Shown here piece by piece: positions 16,750 through 27,581 of a DNA stretch of 31,766 nt. The first letter of the stretch is position 1, and the number at the start of each line of letters is the position of its first letter. The notes below the pieces were generated by a model. That model did not search any database. It saw only the letters and a list, made by a program, of their open reading frames with translations, and was not told the origin of the DNA. The position numbers and the translations under genes were made by a program. Where the stretch lies: positions 1 to 31,766 of the forward strand of contig RDOE01000039.1 of assembly GCA_011364975.1 (NCBI GenBank), given 5' to 3'. This stretch comes from Promethearchaeota archaeon. GTDB taxonomy: Archaea > Asgardarchaeota > Lokiarchaeia > Sigyniarchaeales > SOKP01.

Positions 16750-17478
16750 TTATGTTTCAAAAGAAAGCCATTTTATAATATTTTCAAGGAATTTAAGATT
16801 ATCTCCGGCGTCTAGTCCAAAATCATCTTCTATTAACCAATCAGAAGATCCGATTGTAACGGAGCGACCATTAAAAAATTCAGATACAACACAAACGGGT
16901 ACTGGTCCTATAGGCCCTGTTTCGTCATCTAAATAATATTTAAATTCTGCTTTTTCAGAAGTTACAATTATATCCTCAACATCTTCTTCTGTAATATCAA
17001 AGAAAGTACAGTTAGGAAGTACTACTTCATTTATTCCTTGACTTATCGGGTGGTTAAATAAGTCGTTAATTAAAATATTTTGGCGATTAACAAGAAAATG
17101 AGAGGGTACTTCTTGAATAATACCGTTCCAAAATCGTCGTACCCCGGTCATTTTATATAACACTCTAATTGAGCCAAACTTCATTTGAATATCTTTATCG
17201 CCCCCATCACCGGTTGTGAGAAAAAAGCCTCCTCCTTCACCAACGAACTTTTTTATTGCTAGTAATTCTTCTTTAGTAAATTTATCCGCCTTTCCATCCT
17301 TAGTATGTTGAATATTTCCTATAAATAGAATATCATAATCTTCGAGTAATTCGAATTCGATAGGTCCTTCATTCTTATCAATATAATCAATTTCAAAATC
17401 GTCTTCACCTAAAGCAAACTCTGGAAATTCCTCGATTTTTTCTTTATGAGATAAATCAACAATAATGTTATAGCTCAT
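16750..17478 (-). CDS. Stand-alone GIFT/DUF4350 (class I glutamine amidotransferase-like fold) protein, IFT52 N-terminus-like
   Basis: IIVDLSHKE, YDILFIG, KFTKEELLAIKKFVGEGGGFFLTTGDGGD, HPISQGINEV and GRSVTIGSSDWL..DNLKFLENIIKWL. No signal peptide. Confidence 0.7.
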   Translation of the reverse strand: MSYNIIVDLSHKEKIEEFPEFALGEDDFEIDYIDKNEGPIEFELLEDYDILFIGNIQHTKDGKADKFTKEELLAIKKFVGEGGGFFLTTGDGGDKDIQMKFGSIRVLYKMTGVRRFWNGIIQEVPSHFLVNRQNILINDLFNHPISQGINEVVLPNCTFFDITEEDVEDIIVTSEKAEFKYYLDDETGPIGPVPVCVVSEFFNGRSVTIGSSDWLIEDDFGLDAGDNLKFLENIIKWLSFET

Positions 17479-17535
17479 TTTGAGAACACACCGCGATTCA
17501 CTATTAATTGGTTGTTAAAAGGTAATTATGGTTTG

Positions 17536-17631
17536 TACTACGTGTATTTAGCAAAGATACTTAATTGTTTTTTATTTGTAATTTATTTTTATAAAGGCAT
17601 CTTACCTTTTTAAATACTACGTGTATTTAAA
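17536..17631. promoter_or_regulatory. Duplicated 15-bp motif TACTACGTGTATTTA; second copy within palindrome TTTAAATAC-N5-GTATTTAAA
   Basis: Exact copies at 17536-17550 and 17615-17629, upstream of the GIFT gene. Confidence 0.6.
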
Positions 17632-17706
17632 GTTTATTCTTAGGTAATATTTAAATATTTTGAGAAGATAGTATAAAAGATCGAGAAAAGAAAAATAGAT
17701 TTGTTC

Positions 17707-18402
17707 CTACTCTTTGATAGGAATAAAGTATCTATCCGCTAGGCTGTCTTTTTTGATAATTGCTATGTCTATCCCATTTCCTGACGCAAAATCCCTTATT
17801 ATAGAAGAGCTAACGGCTTTGATAATTATATTTTTGCCTTCTTCAATAGTTAGATTTTCTTTATACTTCGCTTCCAGAACTCCATAAGAAAAGTTTTGTC
17901 CACTTCCAACAGCGCAAAACTTTTCGGGTAATATTGAACCATAGGCTCCTATATCTAAGAGTGTTGGTCCTTCCTCTTCTGTAACTCCTCCAAGTATCAA
18001 ACCAACTTCATATGGAAACATTTTATTTTGATAGAGGATATTTGATAATAATTTACCAGCACTTTTGACTCTTATTGGTTTTTCTTCTTTTAATTGATAA
18101 AGAGTAGTCTCTGCTCTAAGCACGTCAATTAAGTATTGGGCATCGGCAACACCACCCGCAATCGTCATGTAAAGATGTTCTTGTATCATATGTAATTTTT
18201 CTGAAGTTTTACTTGCCACAAAATAAGCCATTGTTGCTCTTTTATCAGTAGCTAATATAACTGCATCTTTACAAACAAGTCCAACGGTTGTGGTTCCTGT
18301 TTTAAAAGTATTTAACTTCGGATGTTGTGTTTCCTTTGTTTTTATATTAATTTTATTAACAAAGGGAGATTCTGAAGGTTTCATTAAATCATCATTGTTC
18401 AT
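17707..18402 (-). CDS. psmB: 20S proteasome beta subunit
   Basis: Propeptide followed by KTG|TTTVG (catalytic Thr1), ATDKRAT, AGGVADAQ, VGSG and RDFASG. Confidence 0.96.
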   Translation of the reverse strand: MNNDDLMKPSESPFVNKINIKTKETQHPKLNTFKTGTTTVGLVCKDAVILATDKRATMAYFVASKTSEKLHMIQEHLYMTIAGGVADAQYLIDVLRAETTLYQLKEEKPIRVKSAGKLLSNILYQNKMFPYEVGLILGGVTEEEGPTLLDIGAYGSILPEKFCAVGSGQNFSYGVLEAKYKENLTIEEGKNIIIKAVSSSIIRDFASGNGIDIAIIKKDSLADRYFIPIKE

Positions 18403-18633
18403 AATTTCTTTAAATAACTCTTGTTTTAATAATTTTTTTTAAATTTTTTATAAATTCGTCTTATATTTTTGTTGTTTAACCATCCTTTATATTAACACTG
18501 ATTGATAATTCTAAAAAATGGCTAGCTTTTAATTATGATATATTAAGAAAGTTGTTAAAATTTATTCTCAAAACCAAATATCTAATTCTAATGAATCACT
18601 AAAAAAAATAATTATTATTCCACATGAGATTTT

Positions 18634-19101
18634 ATGAAGGAAAAAAAAGCGATTCAAGATTATTATTCAAAACCCATGAGTCAATGTTATGGTTGTGGTC
18701 GATTAAATGATGCAGGTTTAAAGATTAAAAGCTATTGGGATGGAGTTGAAAGTTTTGCTTCATTTGAGCCGAAATCATATCATATAGCATTTCCAGGCTT
18801 TGTTTATGGTGGTCTCATTGCTTCACTTATAGATTGCCATGGTACTGGGACAGCAGCAGCAGCAGCTTATCAAGCAGAAGGAAGAGAGATGGGGACAGAA
18901 CCAGAATTGAGGTTTGTCACAGCATCGATACAAGTCAATTATTTAAAACCAACTCCTATTAATTGTATTCTTGAATTAAAGGGAAAAGTAAAAGAAATGA
19001 AAGGTAAAAAAGTTATTACTGAAGTAACTTTATCAGCTGAAAATGAGATTTGCGCAAAGGGTGAAATTGTCGCCATAAGAATTCCGGATAATATGAAATA
19101 A
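18634..19101 (+). CDS. PaaI-family hotdog thioesterase
   Basis: CYGCG, GFVYGGLIASLIDCH and FVTASIQVNYLKPTP. Confidence 0.88.
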   Translation: MKEKKAIQDYYSKPMSQCYGCGRLNDAGLKIKSYWDGVESFASFEPKSYHIAFPGFVYGGLIASLIDCHGTGTAAAAAYQAEGREMGTEPELRFVTASIQVNYLKPTPINCILELKGKVKEMKGKKVITEVTLSAENEICAKGEIVAIRIPDNMK

Positions 19102-19128
19102 ACTAATAAAGTGTGAAACAATGGATAA

Positions 19129-22293
<3,165 letters not shown>

Positions 22294-22415
22294 ACAGTTA
22301 TAAGAAAACCAAATTTCCTAAGCTATTTTTTTAACAAACAATTATTATTAAATTATTTAGTTTTATCAAAAATAGTAGCTTTAAGCTAATATTATAAAGT
22401 CGCTGAGGATTAATT

Positions 22416-23738
22416 ATGGATAAAAGAATAGTTCTGGTTGGTTCAGGAAGTACAAGTTTCGGCCCAAGTACCTTCACGGATATATATTTAAGTGAGATTC
22501 TCAAGGGTTCAACTATTATTTTGCACGATATTAATAAAGAGAAACTCGAAATGGTTTATGAACTACTGGTTGCAGAAAATGAAGTTAAGGGAAACCATTT
22601 TACTATTGAAAGAACAACAGACAGAAAAAAGGCGTTTAAAGATGCTGATTTCATCATAAGTTCAATCGAGGTTGGTGAAAGATTTAAATTGTGGAGACAA
22701 GATTACGAAATCCCAAGAAAATATGGATCAACTCAAATAATGGGAGAATGTGGAGGACCTGGGGGGAGTATTCATGCCTTTAGGATTATTCCAGAGATAA
22801 TTAAGATTGTACAAGATGCTGAGAAAATTTGTCCAAATGCATTTTTCATTAACTTTTCGAATCCTATGTCAAGAGTATGTTTAGCAATAAAAAGAGCAAC
22901 GAAAAATCTAAAATTCATCGGCTTATGCCATGAAATAGGAGGTTTAGAGGCTCACTTAGTTAACATGTTCAACACAGGTTTAGATGAAATGAGAATATTC
23001 ACCGGGGGATTAAATCATTTTGGATTCTTGTTAGGATTAAAAGATGTTAAAACAGGAAAGGATCTAATACCAGAGTTTAATTCGATTGCTTTAAATTATT
23101 TTGAATCTCAAAAAGACCGATTTAAATTTTCTGACTTATCAATTGAAGTTTATAAACGATTCGGTTGGTTTTGTTACGGGGGAGATAATCATATGGGGGA
23201 GTATGTTCAATTTGCTGAAGAGTTTACAAAAACTCAAGATATGATTGATTGGATTGAAAGGACTGAAAATCATGGAAATTCAATATATAAGCGGATGAAT
23301 AAGTACTATAATAAATTGAAAAGAGGAAATTTTCCTAAATCGGGATTTCTCAAAAAAGTGCCAAGTGGAGAAAAAGCAATACCGATTATTGAATCAATTT
23401 TATCGGATAAAAACTCCCACGAAAATGCTGTAAACATCCCTAATTCAGGAATCATTGACAATCTACCTCAGGATTTGGTTCTTGAATGTTCAGTAAGAGT
23501 AGATAAAGATGGAGTGCACGGGATAAAAATAGGGAACATTCCAAAAACGATCGCTTCAATATTACGAATAGAGGCATCAGTTCAGGATTTGTGTGTTGAA
23601 GCTATATTAAATAAATCAAAAGAGTTAGCTATAACCAGTTTAGCTATAGATCCGAATGTAGGTAGTTTTGGAAAAGCGGAAAAAATGTTTAATGAGATAT
23701 CAAAACTACAAAGCAACTACTTATCCTATTTTAAATAA
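22416..23738 (+). CDS. NAD+/Mn2+-dependent glycoside hydrolase family 4 (CHEI motif, alpha-glucosidase/galactosidase-like)
   Basis: VLVGSGS, DADFII, GGPGG, NFSNPM, GLCHEI and GLNH. Confidence 0.92.
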   Translation: MDKRIVLVGSGSTSFGPSTFTDIYLSEILKGSTIILHDINKEKLEMVYELLVAENEVKGNHFTIERTTDRKKAFKDADFIISSIEVGERFKLWRQDYEIPRKYGSTQIMGECGGPGGSIHAFRIIPEIIKIVQDAEKICPNAFFINFSNPMSRVCLAIKRATKNLKFIGLCHEIGGLEAHLVNMFNTGLDEMRIFTGGLNHFGFLLGLKDVKTGKDLIPEFNSIALNYFESQKDRFKFSDLSIEVYKRFGWFCYGGDNHMGEYVQFAEEFTKTQDMIDWIERTENHGNSIYKRMNKYYNKLKRGNFPKSGFLKKVPSGEKAIPIIESILSDKNSHENAVNIPNSGIIDNLPQDLVLECSVRVDKDGVHGIKIGNIPKTIASILRIEASVQDLCVEAILNKSKELAITSLAIDPNVGSFGKAEKMFNEISKLQSNYLSYFK

Positions 23739-24055
23739 ATTGAAGAATCAATATTCCATAAATGTTTTTTTAAATCAACTTTATACTCAGCAATAAATGC
23801 AACCCCTTCATTTTGAAGCAAATTTTTTTGATAATTTTTATCCTCGGTAGTGTTTAATGCAATTAGTCCTTTAGAATTAATAACGCGATGCCAAGGTAAA
23901 TCATATTTTTTACTTGAGGAGTGAAGAATCCAAGATACTTGTCTTGCACCACGAGGATCGCCTGCTAATCGTGCAATCATCCCATAAGTAAGTATCTTGC
24001 CTTGCGGAATGCTTTTTATTATTTTGATAACATTTTGGGTGAAATTAGTAGTAAT
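23726..24055 (-). CDS. Alkyltransferase-like (ATL/YbaZ, MGMT family) protein; probable ATT start
   Basis: Frame extends upstream of 23980 as xTTNFTQNVIKIIKSIPQGKILTYG. GARQV and PWHRVIN motifs (Trp replaces the catalytic Cys). AGAGGT SD 7 nt before ATT 24055. Confidence 0.88.
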   Translation of the reverse strand: MTTNFTQNVIKIIKSIPQGKILTYGMIARLAGDPRGARQVSWILHSSSKKYDLPWHRVINSKGLIALNTTEDKNYQKNLLQNEGVAFIAEYKVDLKKHLWNIDSSIYLK

Positions 24056-24068
24056 GATAAAAACCTCT

Positions 24069-25205
24069 TTAATCTGTGAAAGTTTTAATATTTAAAGATT
24101 TACCGTTAGATCTTGCTGATTTTGAGGCAATGATTCCAGCCATACAAAAATTAGCCCCAACTTTTGCCGAAAGAACTGGTTTTTTTCCGTTTTTAATAGA
24201 TAATAACCAATCTTTTAAAACCCTCACATCCCCTCCAAAATGGTCTCCTGATACTGGAGGAGTTAGTTTAGAAAGGATTTTTGAATCAATTTTACTTTTT
24301 TTTCCCTTTCTATGATGAGAAAGAGAAACTTTATGATCTTCTGCTAGAAAAAGATATCCTGGTTTACCAATTTGATGACATTCATAAGTTCCAAGTGCTC
24401 CTACTACTTGAATACTTAAGCGCGGGGGTTCTCGTGCAATAATATAAGCATTTGCGCATTTGGCAATAGCACCACTTTCAGTTTTAAATAATGCTACTTG
24501 AAAGGCTTTAGCGGGATAGCAAATAGGCCTTTCCCCAAAGTCGCCTAAATCATTGGCATAACTAACTACTTCAATAAAAGGCATAGGATCTTCGAGCCCC
24601 CCCATCGCTACCTGAGCGGGTCCGATTGTATGTGCATACATAAGTGGATCGAATAATTGATACCATGAATCAATACGAGTTGTATTAGCATCTCCATAAC
24701 TTCCTTCTCTCCAACGATAAGTTACATCATGTAAATATTCTGATTCTGCATAAACGGTCGTTCCGATTTTTTTTGTTGAGGTGAGAAAACCTGCATATAA
24801 TATTTCTGGGATATAGCAATAATTTTCTCCAAGTTGATAAAACTTTCCAGATGTTTCTTCAGCATCAACTATACGTTCAAGTTCTTCTGACTTAATTGCC
24901 ATTGGAATTTCCGAAAAAACGTGTAAACCAGATTCAAGGGCAGTAACAGCCTGATCTGCATGATATTGCGGTGGACTCGAAATTAGAATAGCCTCTAAAT
25001 TTGAAGTATCGAGTAAATCTTCAAATGAATTAGCTACTTTCACATTCTCAAGTTTTTTAAGTCTTTCTTGAGCTAGATTGTCAGGATCATAGCCTACAAT
25101 TAATTTTGTATCTCCTTTTAATAATGGATTATATTCTAACTCACTTTTTTGTTGAACACCATTAAGCCCATAACCCACTAACCCAATATTTAAAGGTTTT
25201 CTCAT
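24069..25205 (-). CDS. Gfo/Idh/MocA-family NAD-dependent oxidoreductase, GH109-like
   Basis: IGLVGYG, ISSPPQYHA, HVFSEIPMA, GENYCY, ESEYLHD and YAHTIGP. Confidence 0.85.
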   Translation of the reverse strand: MRKPLNIGLVGYGLNGVQQKSELEYNPLLKGDTKLIVGYDPDNLAQERLKKLENVKVANSFEDLLDTSNLEAILISSPPQYHADQAVTALESGLHVFSEIPMAIKSEELERIVDAEETSGKFYQLGENYCYIPEILYAGFLTSTKKIGTTVYAESEYLHDVTYRWREGSYGDANTTRIDSWYQLFDPLMYAHTIGPAQVAMGGLEDPMPFIEVVSYANDLGDFGERPICYPAKAFQVALFKTESGAIAKCANAYIIAREPPRLSIQVVGALGTYECHQIGKPGYLFLAEDHKVSLSHHRKGKKSKIDSKILSKLTPPVSGDHFGGDVRVLKDWLLSIKNGKKPVLSAKVGANFCMAGIIASKSARSNGKSLNIKTFTD

Positions 25206-25328
25206 AATTTAATAGAATTTTTCTATTTATTAATATTTGAATTATTATTTTTAACACTTATGTATAGGAGTTGAATTCTTAATTCAATAATTAGTCAGAT
25301 TTAACTTTTTTTAGGTATTTCAGTTCTT

Positions 25329-26654
25329 ATGGATAAAAAAATTGTATTAATAGGCGCAGGAAGTGCTGCTTTTGGACCTCCCACCTTTATTGATTTAAAT
25401 TTAAGCAATGTGTTAGAAGGTTCAACAATAACCTTACATGATATTGATAAAGACAAATTACAAATGGTATACGAAGTTGTAAGTGAAGATAATAAAAAAA
25501 TTGGTTATAAATTTAACATCGAAAGTACAACGAATAGAAAAGAAGCCCTAAAAGGTGCGGATTTTGTTATTAATTCAACTGAACATGGCGATAGGTTTGA
25601 ATTACGTTGGCAAGATAATACTATTCCAAAAAAACACGGATCATTAGAGAGGATGGGAGAAAATGGAGGCCCTGGGGGTTTCTTTCACAGTGCGCGTCAG
25701 ATTCCAGAAATCCTTAAAATAGCAAGGGATGTGGAAAAAATATGCCCTAATGCTTTCTTTATCAATTATTCTAATCCTATGTCACGGATATGTTTAGCTT
25801 TAAAGAGGGAACTCCCCAAACTCAAAATGTTTGGACTTTGTCATCAAATAGGACTCTTAACTTCGCATCACTTATCTAAGATGATGAATAGGGAATTAGG
25901 TGAGATGCAACTGATTACTGGAGGACTCAATCACTTCGCTTTTTTGCTTGGGCTAAAAGAGATAGAGAGTGGAGTCGACTTACTGCCAGAGTTCAATTCA
26001 AAATGTTTGGATTATTTCAAGGATAAATGGGACAGATTCCATTATGCATCTTTAACATTTGAAATATATAAACGATTTGGATGGTTTCCATACGTAGGGG
26101 ATAATCATATATGTGAGTATCTGCAAATTGGCTCTCGATATACAACAGAACAAGATTTAACGGATTGGATTACGAGAATGGAACAAGCCAATAAGGGTGA
26201 AAATGCCCAACTAAAGAGATATTATAATAGATTGAAAAAAGGAAAGTATCCAAAAAAAGGAATGTTAATGAGAGGGCCTTCTGGAGAAAGAGCCGTTCCA
26301 ATAATTGAGGCTATTATTCAGGATAGTAATTCCTATGAAATAGCTGTTAATATCCCTAATGATGGGATCTTAGAGAATCTACCGCAAGATTTAGTTGTAG
26401 AATGTTCAGGAATTGTCAATAAAGAAGGCATTCATGGCGTTAAATTAGGAAAGATTCCAAAAAACATCGCTTCTATACTTCGAATTGAAGCATCAATCCA
26501 AGATTTATGTGTAGAAGCTATATTAAGGGAATCTAAAGAACTTGCCATAAATTGTTTAGCTATTGATGTAAATTGTGGTAGTTTTGAAATGGCAGAAGAA
26601 ATTTTTAAAGAAATGAAAGAAATACAAAAAACCTATTTACCTAACTTTAAATAA
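25329..26654 (+). CDS. Glycoside hydrolase family 4, paralog of 22416..23738 (CHQI motif)
   Basis: LIGAGS, GENGGPGG, NYSNPM, GLCHQI and GLNH. Colinear with the first GH4 over its full length. Confidence 0.92.
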   Translation: MDKKIVLIGAGSAAFGPPTFIDLNLSNVLEGSTITLHDIDKDKLQMVYEVVSEDNKKIGYKFNIESTTNRKEALKGADFVINSTEHGDRFELRWQDNTIPKKHGSLERMGENGGPGGFFHSARQIPEILKIARDVEKICPNAFFINYSNPMSRICLALKRELPKLKMFGLCHQIGLLTSHHLSKMMNRELGEMQLITGGLNHFAFLLGLKEIESGVDLLPEFNSKCLDYFKDKWDRFHYASLTFEIYKRFGWFPYVGDNHICEYLQIGSRYTTEQDLTDWITRMEQANKGENAQLKRYYNRLKKGKYPKKGMLMRGPSGERAVPIIEAIIQDSNSYEIAVNIPNDGILENLPQDLVVECSGIVNKEGIHGVKLGKIPKNIASILRIEASIQDLCVEAILRESKELAINCLAIDVNCGSFEMAEEIFKEMKEIQKTYLPNFK

Positions 26655-26668
26655 AATAGTGTGCTCTC

Positions 26669-27574
26669 ATGCGAGTAATTATCGATTGCGATCCTGGCTT
26701 AGGGAAAAAATTTACTCCTGCTGATGTGGATGATGGATTAGCTCTATTTTTTATGTTAAATCAACCAGAAATCTATAATATTGAAGGTATTACAATAACT
26801 TATGGTAATACTAGTGCAAAAATGGGATTTAAATTGCTAGAAAATTATTTAAAGTTAACTAATACTTTATATATTCCTCATTATATAGGAGCGACTTCAA
26901 AAGAGGATTTAGGGACGCTAACAGACGCTTCAAAGTTTCTTATATCTCACGTAACAGAACATCCAAATGAAATCATTTTATTAACTCTTGGACCTTTAAC
27001 TAACATCGCTACTGCTATTTTAAATTATCCAGAGTTTCTTGATGATTTAAAACAAATTATCTTTATGGGAGGAGTTCTTAATCCCATATCTCTATTTAAT
27101 TTTGGTGGAAATGAAAGAGTCGAAACTTCAGAATTTAACTTCAATAAGGATCCTAAAGCAACCAAACTCTTTATTGAGTCTGAGACTTTAACTCCCCGCA
27201 TTGGAATAGGTTTAGATGTATGTTCTCAAGTGATATTTAATAGAAATCATTATGATATAGTAAAATCTCATAATACAGTTGTTAGCCAATACATTTCAGA
27301 AAATGTCTTAAATTGGTTAAATTTATGGGAAACGAATTTTAGTAGGGGATTTTATCCTTTTGATACTCTTGTTCCAATTTATTTAATAAGAACGGACTTA
27401 TTCAAAATAAACAATTATCATTTAACTATAGATGTTGATAAAATTCCTGGTAAAATCAATATTTTAAAAAGAGTCGGCTATGAGACTAAGTTAGTAACCT
27501 ATTGTACCGATTTTGTCTCAGAGGAGAGTAAAAAAGACTTTATGAATATTTTAATTTCAGGTTTAACAAAATGA
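26669..27574 (+). CDS. Nucleoside hydrolase (IUNH/Rih family)
   Basis: IIDCDPG..DVDD, YGN, LGPLTNIA, FMGG, SEFNFNKDPKA and GLDV. Confidence 0.9.
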   Translation: MRVIIDCDPGLGKKFTPADVDDGLALFFMLNQPEIYNIEGITITYGNTSAKMGFKLLENYLKLTNTLYIPHYIGATSKEDLGTLTDASKFLISHVTEHPNEIILLTLGPLTNIATAILNYPEFLDDLKQIIFMGGVLNPISLFNFGGNERVETSEFNFNKDPKATKLFIESETLTPRIGIGLDVCSQVIFNRNHYDIVKSHNTVVSQYISENVLNWLNLWETNFSRGFYPFDTLVPIYLIRTDLFKINNYHLTIDVDKIPGKINILKRVGYETKLVTYCTDFVSEESKKDFMNILISGLTK

Positions 27575-27581
27575 ATGAACC

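Noticed and set aside
17536-17629. Direct repeat as a mini-CRISPR or IS end
   Set aside because: Only two 15-bp copies, too short for CRISPR repeats, and no cas or transposase genes nearby.
18851-18867. (GCA)n microsatellite in the thioesterase
   Set aside because: Encodes a short in-frame poly-Ala helix, with no sign of phase variation.
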